Source: a virus
Direction: 5' to 3' (one strand)
Virus record (IMG/VR): IMGVR_UViG_3300036770_006434
Coordinates: 32,001-96,000 of that record
DNA: 64,000 nt
A model generated the notes under the pieces. That model saw nothing but the letters and a program-made list of their open reading frames with translations, was not told the DNA's origin and did no database searches. Positions 23,191 through 32,250 of the stretch are shown here, piece by piece. Position 1 is the first letter of the stretch. Every line of letters starts with the position of its first letter. Position numbers and translations under genes: made by a program.

Positions 23191-26100
23191 TCAGATTGTA
23201 GCGGTTTTACCCGATTGGTCAAGTGTTTTTGCTTCCTTCTCCTCTTTTTCTTTGGCGTCCTTCAGTTCGGACAGCTTCATAAATATCTTGGCGGATTGGA
23301 TGCCAAGTCCCACTCCATCATAACCGGACTGAATGAAGACCATGTCCGAGGACATTTTCTTGCCGTTCACGACCACTAGGTCACCCTCAATCGGGTCGCG
23401 GCCATTCTGCTCTTTGATCAGGTCGATATTGTCGTTAAACGCTTTGATCGTGAGACTTCCGGTCTCATCGGATACCGTGAACTTCAGGGAGTTATTCCCC
23501 TTCTTGGTCTTGCTCTTATACGGCTCATCCGAAATGAACCCGATAATGCGACAGAAGGAATTGTCAGACATCTGTTTGACATTTGACACGGTGGTCAGGC
23601 CGTCCACGTATTCGGAGAAGATATCGGAAATGGTCTCGGAATAGGAGTAGCCTAGGATATGGCGCTCATACCAGTAATTGGCCAGTCTCTCGTTTTGGCT
23701 GTTCTTCGTGTAGATTTCCTTGAAGGACTCATACTTCTTTTTGATGGTATTGAAGCGGCGCTCCGGGATAACGGGCTTGCCCTTCTCCGTTTTCGCGACT
23801 TCCGCCAGATGCTTGACGGCCCGTAGAACGTCCCAGCCGATTTCCGGCGAACCGCCGATTCCCAGACAGTGCCCCTTTTCAACGTCCGTCAAGAGATTCC
23901 ATGTGCAGACTTCAAGGACCAGCCGGCTGCGGGAGTGATAGAGTTCACCGTTTGGCCGCCGATATTGGTCATAGCCGGACAGGCAGCCGGCTTGGATCAG
24001 TGCGGAGACCAGACCGATGTGCAACCCGGCGTTTTTCGCGGCTTGGAAGACCTCGAATTTGGTGGCGGCAGATTCCGCTTTGGTGCGGAAGGTATCCAGT
24101 TTCTCGGCGTTTTTCTCGGAGATACCGCGAATGATACCGAGGGCGAAGCGGATGGAGTTGTCTCCTTCCATCTCGAAGTCTAGCCGGCTCTTGATGAAAT
24201 GCGGCGGCAACAGGGAGAAATTCTTCAATCTCATCTCCTGCTCGATTTGGCGGATAACCTCGTGGGGCGCGGACTCGTGGCGGGCCATGCGGAGGAGGGA
24301 GAGGTAGAATTGGAGGGGGTGGTTGGCCTTGAGGTATAGTGTCCACGCCGTGATCATGGCGTAGCTGGAACTGTGACTGTTGGATACCACGACGCCGCCA
24401 GCGTAAAAATTGTGGTCAGGGTGGGATACTTCCAAATCAACGGTGGGTTGCACGCCCTGCTCGGAAATTGACTCAATATAGAGAACCCCCTCCTCCGTTT
24501 GAACGCCAAGTTTTCTGTCCCAGACTTGAGAAAGTTTTCTCATCCACCCCTCTTCGGTTAGCAGTTTGTGCTCCAACGAGCAGGTTAGCTCCAGTTTTGA
24601 ACCGACGAATTGAACGCGATACAGGTTGGCCTCACTCCAGTGGACGCCTTTAACCTCTACATAGTGGTCTGATTTACTGTCCACATCGTATGCACGGACA
24701 CAGTCGCCAACCCTTACGTCTCCGACCATGCAGAGCGGATCACGCTTGGTATCGACAGTGGTGCAGGGGTCAAGACACTTGTTAAACGAATATCCACCGC
24801 TATCTTCCGCGATTTTCAACAAAAGATCAGCCACATTGGTCGGGTGGTTATTAGCTTTGCACCGCTCCACAATCTGTGCTTTGACAATCGGCACCTCTTC
24901 AATCTTTTTCTTACCCAGCACCCTTCTGGCGTTCTCGGCCTCCTCGTCCGACAGCCCCACGCGTTTAAGCATGGAGAGATAGGTTTCTTGGAACAAGCAG
25001 AGCCCCCCGGTTGGCTTCAGGATATCGTCAACCAGCGGGTGAACCGATGTGAATTTACCGTCATTCAGATAATCGCAATACTGTTGCAAATAGTCAATAG
25101 CGCCCGGTCGCGCGATAGCCAGAACTGCGCTGAGTTGCTCGAAATTCTTGGGCTTCACTTTGGCGGCGGCATTGCCTTGTGCAAAGGTTTCCAGCTGGAA
25201 TATGCCGTAGCGTGAAGAGAAGTTCTGGAGATAGGCGTAAATTGAGGGGTGATGGATATCAATGTCTCCCCGCTTGATTCCAAGCAGCTTGCAGCATTCC
25301 TGCACCACATCCGTGGTCCTCAGGCCCAAGATGTCCATTTTGAGGCTCAGTTCCTGCGCCGACTGCATGTCGAAGCCGGAGACAGGCTCTTTGTCCGAAG
25401 ACAGTTGAATGGGCATCAGTTTTTGAATATTCTTGTGCGCAATCAGAACAGCGGAAGCGTGCTGCCCCTCCCCTCGATTCAGGTCGGCCAAGGACATGGC
25501 GATTTTTACCGTTTCTTCGTGGGCTTGCGCCCATTTGGCGAACCTTTCATTCGGTGGGCGCCCCTTTTCCTTGTCTCCATCCCGCCACTTTTTGTCGCCG
25601 AAAGCCGCGATTTCAATGTCCTCCGGGATGCCGGCCTCTTTTTCGATCATGGACGACACTTCATTGGCCTCCTCCTCGGAACCACCCTCATATACTTTGA
25701 GGACATCCTTGATCAGAATCTTGGAACTGAAAGTGGTGGTGGTCAACAACTTGGAAGTCTGACCGGGATAACGACGATTGATATAGTCAATAATCTCCCC
25801 GCGCCGGTAGAAGGAGAAGTCCAGATCAATGTCCGGCACAAGGGAACCTTCAATATACCGGATTCCGTTCACTGTCTTGGACTTGGCGCGAGCCTTGGAA
25901 AGGAATCGGGTAAAGAACAGAGAATGTTCAATGGGGTCAATCTCCGTAATGCCGACGAGATATGCGACCAGACAGCCGCCGACCGAGCCGCGACCGGGGC
26001 CGCGAGGTATTCCCTGTTGGTCCGCGAACCAGCAAATGTCCCAGACTGCCAGAATGTAGTCTACGAAACCGAGTTCCGAAATGACGGCCAACTCCTCCTT

Positions 26101-26316
26101 GACTCGGTCCGCATACAGCTTGTGGTTCTCCTTTTTGACCCGCTTCGCGACCCGCTCTCGGAATCCATTGCGGCAAAGCTGGGTGATGAACTCCAGATTG
26201 TTACAATCGTCTTTTGCGCCGGCCGCTTTCCTCTGTTCATCCGTGATGACGAGGACCGGCATGATAACGCCATTATATGGGAGCGCAGAATAAGGTTTAA
26301 TTTCGCGTAGATTCAT
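23191..26316 (-). CDS. dnaE: DNA polymerase III alpha-type polymerase core (no PHP domain), intein-containing
   Basis: GPGRGSVGG, PDIDLDF, QHASAVL, K.DILGL, GIFQLE, FNK/SHS..Y, C-terminal OB fold. Confidence 0.95.
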   Translation of the reverse strand: MNLREIKPYSALPYNGVIMPVLVITDEQRKAAGAKDDCNNLEFITQLCRNGFRERVAKRVKKENHKLYADRVKEELAVISELGFVDYILAVWDICWFADQQGIPRGPGRGSVGGCLVAYLVGITEIDPIEHSLFFTRFLSKARAKSKTVNGIRYIEGSLVPDIDLDFSFYRRGEIIDYINRRYPGQTSKLLTTTTFSSKILIKDVLKVYEGGSEEEANEVSSMIEKEAGIPEDIEIAAFGDKKWRDGDKEKGRPPNERFAKWAQAHEETVKIAMSLADLNRGEGQHASAVLIAHKNIQKLMPIQLSSDKEPVSGFDMQSAQELSLKMDILGLRTTDVVQECCKLLGIKRGDIDIHHPSIYAYLQNFSSRYGIFQLETFAQGNAAAKVKPKNFEQLSAVLAIARPGAIDYLQQYCDYLNDGKFTSVHPLVDDILKPTGGLCLFQETYLSMLKRVGLSDEEAENARRVLGKKKIEEVPIVKAQIVERCKANNHPTNVADLLLKIAEDSGGYSFNKCLDPCTTVDTKRDPLCMVGDVRVGDCVRAYDVDSKSDHYVEVKGVHWSEANLYRVQFVGSKLELTCSLEHKLLTEEGWMRKLSQVWDRKLGVQTEEGVLYIESISEQGVQPTVDLEVSHPDHNFYAGGVVVSNSHSSSYAMITAWTLYLKANHPLQFYLSLLRMARHESAPHEVIRQIEQEMRLKNFSLLPPHFIKSRLDFEMEGDNSIRFALGIIRGISEKNAEKLDTFRTKAESAATKFEVFQAAKNAGLHIGLVSALIQAGCLSGYDQYRRPNGELYHSRSRLVLEVCTWNLLTDVEKGHCLGIGGSPEIGWDVLRAVKHLAEVAKTEKGKPVIPERRFNTIKKKYESFKEIYTKNSQNERLANYWYERHILGYSYSETISDIFSEYVDGLTTVSNVKQMSDNSFCRIIGFISDEPYKSKTKKGNNSLKFTVSDETGSLTIKAFNDNIDLIKEQNGRDPIEGDLVVVNGKKMSSDMVFIQSGYDGVGLGIQSAKIFMKLSELKDAKEKEEKEAKTLDQSGKTATI
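24379..24777 (-). mobile_element. 133-aa mini-intein in DnaE
   Basis: C1 (CLDP) after SFNK; CSLEHK block B; VDLEV..HNF block F; ends SN followed by +1 Ser (SHSSSY); no endonuclease domain. Confidence 0.9.
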
Positions 26317-26317
26317 A

Positions 26318-26962
26318 TCAGATTTCCATCAGATTGACCAGCTTCCAGTAGACCTGCAAATTGATGTATAGATCGTAAGCGGCGGAATGGGTCTTTGTCT
26401 CGTCCACTTCCACTCCAAGGTCTTTGCACATCTGGGTCAGATTCGTTTTAACCCCTTTTACCGGGGTGTTTTGCACGGAATACTGCCAAGCCAGAAAGGC
26501 TTCGGGGCTGGACCTGTCCGGCTTCCAGTTCATTTTGTAAGCCCTTGCCAAGACGTTGGTGTCTATGATTCGCGGCAGGAACTCCCAAGTGACCGGCCGC
26601 CCGACGGCTTTGCGCCAAAGATTCCAGATATAGGAATCGAAGCCGAGAATGGAGTGACCGACCAGCAAAACGTCCGGCTTCAGCGCGTATCCCTCCCATG
26701 CGTCCAGCACGAATTCGGGGTCATGTCCGTTTTCTACCCAAGACTGTTGGAAGCGGGTAATCCTCGCGGCATCCGGGCTCATCTTGAAATCCGGCCAGCG
26801 CAGGTAGTATTGGTGGGTATTGATGACCTTGTTCTTGACCGCTTCCATAAACGCCCATTCAAACGGGAGGTTGTCACGCAAGAGATTGAGACGCTGGGTC
26901 TCCGCGTCGAATAAGAGCAGCTTATGGTCGGAGAAACGGAGGAGGTTGGAACCGATGCTCAT
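26318..26962 (-). CDS. DnaQ-like DEDDh 3'-5' exonuclease
   Basis: FDAET (ExoI), HS..GFD (ExoII), HSAAYD (ExoIII). Confidence 0.85.
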   Translation of the reverse strand: MSIGSNLLRFSDHKLLLFDAETQRLNLLRDNLPFEWAFMEAVKNKVINTHQYYLRWPDFKMSPDAARITRFQQSWVENGHDPEFVLDAWEGYALKPDVLLVGHSILGFDSYIWNLWRKAVGRPVTWEFLPRIIDTNVLARAYKMNWKPDRSSPEAFLAWQYSVQNTPVKGVKTNLTQMCKDLGVEVDETKTHSAAYDLYINLQVYWKLVNLMEI

Positions 26963-26967
26963 AGAAT

Positions 26968-27198
26968 CTAGCTGACGATAGCCCTCTTCGGTATCTTGTC
27001 AAGCCTCTCGGGCAAGGAAAGCACCTTTTCGCCCAGCCATTGGCGCGATACGTCCTTCCGCTCATACTCAAGGCCAAGGGCTTCAGCCAAATTGTAAGGA
27101 CGAATAAAGTGATCCTCACAGAAGAGGGCCCCGTCAATGTAGAGTCCCTCCCAGTCGTCGCCGTTGGAGACTATTGTGATTTTGGGTGTCGGGTTCAT
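26968..27198 (-). CDS. hypothetical protein
   Basis: 76-aa ORF; DDWEGLYIDG. Confidence 0.6.
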   Translation of the reverse strand: MNPTPKITIVSNGDDWEGLYIDGALFCEDHFIRPYNLAEALGLEYERKDVSRQWLGEKVLSLPERLDKIPKRAIVS

Positions 27199-27542
27199 GG
27201 GGTTTCGTCAAAAACAATTTCTCTGGCCTTCCACTTCATGACCTGAATCTTTTGCTCCAGTCTATGGATTTCGGAAAGCGCGGTTTCCAAGATGTCAATA
27301 GCCGCCGCGTTGTCAATCAAAAGCGGTTTACGGATACCTTGAAGGCTGTGGTCAATATTTGAAAACGCAATTACATTGCACTTTGGGTTCAGCGTTTTGA
27401 TGAAATCTGCTCCCACTTGATTGTTGGCCAAGACAATGCAGTCAGATTCATTGGCACCGTTCATCATGGCGGTAGTATGCCCGGATTGACGACTGTCTCT
27501 GAAGTAGCGGTCAAGGATCAGCAGTTTTTGTGTCGGCGTCAT
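27195..27542 (-). CDS. hypothetical protein, degenerate P-loop-like
   Basis: RQSGHTT and LLIDN resemble Walker A/B remnants. Confidence 0.5.
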   Translation of the reverse strand: MTPTQKLLILDRYFRDSRQSGHTTAMMNGANESDCIVLANNQVGADFIKTLNPKCNVIAFSNIDHSLQGIRKPLLIDNAAAIDILETALSEIHRLEQKIQVMKWKAREIVFDETP

Positions 27543-27829
27543 TTGTCTTGATGGTAGATATCCAGATAGGTTACGTGATCGCACTTGTGTGAATAGACAT
27601 AACCAGAGTTATTGCTGTTTGCCCAAGAGTGGGGCTCATGTCGTATATTCTCATCATTACTGTAAACGATATGCTTGTAGACTTTTTGGGATAGATTCTC
27701 CGGACGCTCGGACCACTCAACGATAACATCCATGGTGGATGCGCTGTCTTGCCAAAACGGGATGCCCGTATGCCCCACGCAAGCAGTGGTATCCTTGATG
27801 CGGTGCAGTTCAATGGTGGTTTTTTTCAT
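27539..27829 (-). CDS. hypothetical protein
   Basis: MKKTT start; ATGA overlap. Confidence 0.55.
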   Translation of the reverse strand: MKKTTIELHRIKDTTACVGHTGIPFWQDSASTMDVIVEWSERPENLSQKVYKHIVYSNDENIRHEPHSWANSNNSGYVYSHKCDHVTYLDIYHQDK

Positions 27830-27848
27830 TGTATGATAAAGGTCTGCC

Positions 27849-28343
27849 CTAAATCTGACTTGGTTCTTTGGCGCGTTTTGCCTCACATTCCTCCAAATAC
27901 TTGGAGAACTCTTCCCTCTCCATAAAGCCCAGTTCCTTGGCGGCGGCGGGATTCAGTGTGCGGACCCAGCCGGCGGGGCTACAGTAGGGCCGCCCCCAGT
28001 CACCGGTCACCTCACAGGTGTCCAGAGAGTCTTGTTCCGCTTTCGAGATGATGGCGTCAATGATGCCGCCCCATACCTCATCTGCGCCGTTCAAGTCAAT
28101 GACGCCGCGATATGCTCTAAGCCCCCCGAACTTTGATTTTATTTGCTGGAAAGTAAAGTCCAAGCCGGGCAGGACCCGTTGAATGGCGTCAATTCTGGCG
28201 CACATGGCGTCGATCAGGTTAAACCAGCCGTCACCCTGAACGTCTATGCCATAGCACATGAGAGTTTGGGTATTGGGAAGCATCCGCTCTCGGAAGAGTG
28301 CGGGGTAACGGTCAAAGAGGATTTGCTGTTTTTCAGGTGACAT
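27849..28343 (-). CDS. conserved phage protein
   Basis: GDGWF.LI, QIKSKFGGLR.Y, CEVTG..G. Confidence 0.75.
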   Translation of the reverse strand: MSPEKQQILFDRYPALFRERMLPNTQTLMCYGIDVQGDGWFNLIDAMCARIDAIQRVLPGLDFTFQQIKSKFGGLRAYRGVIDLNGADEVWGGIIDAIISKAEQDSLDTCEVTGDWGRPYCSPAGWVRTLNPAAAKELGFMEREEFSKYLEECEAKRAKEPSQI

Positions 28344-28389
28344 AGAATGGAAGATATACCAATTTCGGGCGATTAGTCAATTCCCTTTT

Positions 28390-29574
28390 TCAACTCTTTC
28401 CCACCGGCATCCCGAATCCCATGGTCTTGACCGGCGGCGGGACGTATCCCGTGTTGTCATCGGCGTTGTAAATGTCTGCCAGAGAAGCGGGTTCCGTGAT
28501 GGCCTCGGGGTCGCCCCTGCCCAAGTGACGGGCCAGACGTTTGGCGTCCGGGACAGAGAGCTTGCCGAACGTGTAATCGAAGGAGAGGCGGCCCTTGCGC
28601 AGCAGAGCCTTGTCAATCGTTTGTTTGTCGGAATTATAAGAACAAATAATACTAATCTGGAGGACCGATCCAAGCAAACCATCTGACAAATTAAGAAGCG
28701 TGGCCACGGTTGAGCTGTTATGGTGATCGGCTTCGCGGGAGGTCAGCGCCTGTTCGGCATCCTCCAACACAAGGACAGCGTTCTTATGCCCGAGTAGCAG
28801 GGAGAGAAAATCGGGAGACGCCAGTTCCCCGGCAAGCCCCACCGGGACAAAGATAAATTCTCGTTTTACCAAAGTGGTTAAGTGCTTGATGAATGTAGTT
28901 TTGCCTACCCCTGCTGTGCCATGAAACATCATAAGCCCCGCTCGCGGCTCCTTCAGTTTGTCCACAATCTGCGCGCTGATTTTGGAGAACCCAGTCCCAT
29001 AGCTCATGTCAAGATCGTCAATAACCGGCGGCGCGAAGTCCACGCTTTGGGTGGCAAGACCGTAATCGGTTTTGAGAAGGATGGACACTTCGGCCTCGCT
29101 CTTGGCGATAAGGTGGGGGAGAAGCAGCGGGTGGATGGATTCATAGGACGGGGCATTCTCGTCATATTGCGCGTCCTTGTTGGTGCGCGCCGGCCAGTGA
29201 AGAGACACCCTGCACTTTGCGCCGTCTGACGCTATGGATAGGGTGACAAAATTGTGCTTGCAGAAGAAGGTTTTGGTCGCGTTTGAAGCGCCGGCAAACA
29301 TTGGTTCGGGATTGCTCGTGGGATAGCCGGACGGGCGGCGGTCAACGTATTTGGTAGCCGAATCAATGATTTGCGCCCCATTTTTCACCAAGACCTCCAT
29401 AACCTTGTCAGTATCGTAGTATCGCTCGTCATCTATGGAGTGAGACGCGCAGCCGTAGAGTCTGTGAATGAACAGCGCGGGGTTAACCGAACTGTCCCAG
29501 ACGGAATACAGCTCGGAATTGGAGAACATACTGGCCGCCGTAGTGCCGATAAAGTGTGGAATTTTTTTGTCCAT
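28390..29574 (-). CDS. AAA+ ATPase
   Basis: Walker A GTAGVGKTT, Walker B LVLEDAE, LLN..DG, ALLRKGR finger. Confidence 0.9.
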   Translation of the reverse strand: MDKKIPHFIGTTAASMFSNSELYSVWDSSVNPALFIHRLYGCASHSIDDERYYDTDKVMEVLVKNGAQIIDSATKYVDRRPSGYPTSNPEPMFAGASNATKTFFCKHNFVTLSIASDGAKCRVSLHWPARTNKDAQYDENAPSYESIHPLLLPHLIAKSEAEVSILLKTDYGLATQSVDFAPPVIDDLDMSYGTGFSKISAQIVDKLKEPRAGLMMFHGTAGVGKTTFIKHLTTLVKREFIFVPVGLAGELASPDFLSLLLGHKNAVLVLEDAEQALTSREADHHNSSTVATLLNLSDGLLGSVLQISIICSYNSDKQTIDKALLRKGRLSFDYTFGKLSVPDAKRLARHLGRGDPEAITEPASLADIYNADDNTGYVPPPVKTMGFGMPVGKS

Positions 29575-29588
29575 TGTCAGAATGTTTT

Positions 29589-30371
29589 TCAAGATTTGAC
29601 CGCTTCCTTGTAAGCCTCCCAGCAGAACTCCTCGGAACACATCCCATCATTGGGTTTGTCAAAGGTTTTGTGGTCCAAAATGCAGCGTAAAATCTGGAAC
29701 TGACGGGAATCTTTACGGTCCTTGTAGTAAATGCTTTTCACGTCTTGGGCGGGGCACGGATTCCTCTCCGTATACCGGGAAATCGCCCCGTTTATCAGTC
29801 CGTCAAACGGCATCAGATTCCCGACTTCCCGCAGGATGATGGGAGCGACAGGAAGAGAGGGGACAATAGAGCCCATATTCAGTGTGTTTTTGGCGATAAA
29901 CGAGGAATAGAACGGCAGGGACAGCAGGAAATCCGGCTGCCACAGATCGCAGAGTCGCTTCCAGTCGATTCTCGGCACGTAATAGAAGCCGTCCTGCGCG
30001 GCCAGACTGTAGATGTTGATGATTCCTTCATAGTCCGTGCTGCCGTCGCCGGCCATCCAGATGATTACGTTGGACTGGTTTTTGAGACTGGCCTCGGATT
30101 TGTCCTCCATTTTGTCGCAAACCGCCAACTTGAGGCCGAACACCATCTGGCACCCGACATCTTTCAGGTTTTTCTGCGCGGTCATGAAATCCGCGAACTT
30201 GGAAGCGACGAAATGGAGTTGGGTCAATCCCTCGGATTTGGCCAAATCACAGAGAGAGACGGAGCCGTAGTCCTTGCCGGATTTCGCGGCAGCGCCTGCC
30301 TTGTCAAAGGTGAAGATGCCGCCCTCTTTCAGGGAGCTGGATGAGTAGAAAAGGGGGAGGATATCCTTCAT
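29589..30371 (-). CDS. stand-alone degenerate PHP-domain (N-terminal) part of DnaE
   Basis: PLF.SS.S, GLKL.VC, II..Y..A..DGFYYVPRID pattern of DnaE N-termini; metal-binding His residues not seen. Confidence 0.75.
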   Translation of the reverse strand: MKDILPLFYSSSSLKEGGIFTFDKAGAAAKSGKDYGSVSLCDLAKSEGLTQLHFVASKFADFMTAQKNLKDVGCQMVFGLKLAVCDKMEDKSEASLKNQSNVIIWMAGDGSTDYEGIINIYSLAAQDGFYYVPRIDWKRLCDLWQPDFLLSLPFYSSFIAKNTLNMGSIVPSLPVAPIILREVGNLMPFDGLINGAISRYTERNPCPAQDVKSIYYKDRKDSRQFQILRCILDHKTFDKPNDGMCSEEFCWEAYKEAVKS

Positions 30372-30532
30372 GTAAGTGCTTAAATCCATAGTTTACCGCC
30401 GGTCCAACATATTCGGATTCGTTCCATATGTCCGGGCCAGCGGCACGTATACCATGCTGTCGCATCCAAATACTTCAAGATATTCCTCAATCGGTCTATA
30501 ACTACCTTCCGTTCATGTGTAACCCCCACAAC

Positions 30533-31465
30533 ATGAGACGTGTATTCACCACAGAAATGACGGAATGGTTTGTAGTTAACTACCCTCACCTTGGTTCTGC
30601 CAGATGTGCCAAGCATCTTGGTATAACGATGAGACAGGCCAAGTCGAAGGCAAGAGAAATGAAACTTCAAATGACAGAGGACGGCAAACGACTGGCTGCC
30701 TCTGACGGGTGGAAGGGCCGCGTCCGTAATTATCGCGTGGCCCCCGAGCAGTTTCTCTGCGTCAGCACGCCTGAAGTCGCTTATCTCTTGGGTTTCCTTT
30801 GGGCTGACGGGTATTTGTCGCGCTCTTGCGCTCATCCAATTGGCTTTGAGATAGCTACGGTGGACTTTGAGGAGATATGGCCCATTTTTCTCCGCACCGG
30901 CTCGTGGTGTCGGCATGATCGCACACGAGAGGGGCGTGGCCGTCAATCCATGGGGAGAACCAACAATCGCCCTATCTATGAGTTTCTCATTGGAAAAGGG
31001 TATGCGGCTAAGTCGAGTGTCTCGGCTTGCGCCATTGTGGAGCACGTGCCTGCTCACTTGCGCCGATATTGGTTTCGCGGTCTTGTTGACGGTGATGGGC
31101 ACATTGCGAAGAGCACGGTTGAAATTGCCTCCTCTTACAAACAAGATTGGACGTATATGATCGCTATATGCAACGAGTTTAATTTGGCCTATCGAATTCG
31201 ACATTACATCTCTAAAAAAGGCCACAAAGGGTCTACCTTCACTATCAGTCGAAAAGCTGGCGCTCGTATTTTCCTTGATTGGATATATGAAGGATTTGAA
31301 ACAGACAGGATTGGATTTAGTCGTAAACATTTAGCGTATAAGGTCTTATGTGAGGTAAAAACTACGGGAAGGTGGCAGTTACCGGCGGGGTATCATCCCG
31401 CACCGGCGCAGCCACCGGTTCCCAATGCCATTTTCCCGAAGAGTTTAGTTGTTGCAAAGACTTAA
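30533..31465 (+). CDS. free-standing LAGLIDADG homing endonuclease with N-terminal HTH-like region
   Basis: AYLLGFLWADG and YWFRGLVDGDG motifs. Confidence 0.85.
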   Translation: MRRVFTTEMTEWFVVNYPHLGSARCAKHLGITMRQAKSKAREMKLQMTEDGKRLAASDGWKGRVRNYRVAPEQFLCVSTPEVAYLLGFLWADGYLSRSCAHPIGFEIATVDFEEIWPIFLRTGSWCRHDRTREGRGRQSMGRTNNRPIYEFLIGKGYAAKSSVSACAIVEHVPAHLRRYWFRGLVDGDGHIAKSTVEIASSYKQDWTYMIAICNEFNLAYRIRHYISKKGHKGSTFTISRKAGARIFLDWIYEGFETDRIGFSRKHLAYKVLCEVKTTGRWQLPAGYHPAPAQPPVPNAIFPKSLVVAKT

Positions 31466-32210
31466 TCTGTATCGAGCCTTTTTGTTCAAGAAGCGCATAC
31501 GTTGTTCCGGTGTCTATACAGTAAGACCTGCCCTTTCGACGCGGTAATTCGTCGCTCGAATGGCCGACGATTTGTGGATACGGCAGATTATCCTCGAATT
31601 CTGTGTCCCAGTCAAGCCATAAAGGGCCACCGTTATCGTAGGAGCCGCCCCGCGAGAAACCAACTGCAAAAAGGTGGTCCGGGCGATACGGTGCCATTTC
31701 CAGCGCGGCTTCCGCTTTCTGGTTCAGGTTCGCCAAATTTTCCACGTCCGTCAAATGGTTCCACCAGTAATTCTCCCTGATTCCGGCGTGGGACAGAAGC
31801 CACCCATTGGCAAGCACAAATAACCGGACTTTTTGCCAGATGACCCACTCCATCTCCTTCGCGATTTCCAGAGACTTGCCGTTGGAATAACCTGCACAGG
31901 AATTTAGCAGCGGGATTTTTTTCTTGAACTGCTTGCTGCTGAAATGGGATTCAAGGTATGGGAGTTCGTGATTCCCGGCCAGCACCGTAACATCCTTGCG
32001 CTCAATCAGTTTGCGATACCAGCGCGCGGTCTCTCGGATTCCTGTAACAGCCGGGGGCTCGTCAAAAGAGTCAAACACGTCCCCGAGGAATACGATGTGG
32101 TCGTAATTCCCGGCCTCTTTCTCAAGAACGGCGTCCGCCCAGTTTGTTCTCTGGTGAATGTCGGAGATGACTAGGATGCGGTCAGCGGAAATGGAGAATG
32201 AGTCTGACAT
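31362..32210 (-). CDS. calcineurin-like metallophosphoesterase
   Basis: SDIH, GDVFD, GNHE, SHAG, IVGHS. Confidence 0.9.
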   Translation of the reverse strand: MSDSFSISADRILVISDIHQRTNWADAVLEKEAGNYDHIVFLGDVFDSFDEPPAVTGIRETARWYRKLIERKDVTVLAGNHELPYLESHFSSKQFKKKIPLLNSCAGYSNGKSLEIAKEMEWVIWQKVRLFVLANGWLLSHAGIRENYWWNHLTDVENLANLNQKAEAALEMAPYRPDHLFAVGFSRGGSYDNGGPLWLDWDTEFEDNLPYPQIVGHSSDELPRRKGRSYCIDTGTTYALLEQKGSIQIKSLQQLNSSGKWHWEPVAAPVRDDTPPVTATFP

Positions 32211-32219
32211 TGGGAGCGG

Positions 32220-32247
32220 ACTGTAACGGGATTTCCCCGCAAGTCAA
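32220..32247 (-). promoter_or_regulatory. promoter TTGACT-N16-TACAGT with GGGAAATCCC in the spacer
   Basis: 9 nt upstream of the ATG. Confidence 0.6.
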
Positions 32248-32250
32248 GGC

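Noticed and set aside
25249-26310. 353-aa plus-strand ORF
   Set aside because: Antisense shadow of dnaE with no motifs.
30372-30532. Group I intron around the LAGLIDADG gene
   Set aside because: No P7 core elements were seen, the flanking genes are each complete, and the endonuclease is on the opposite strand.
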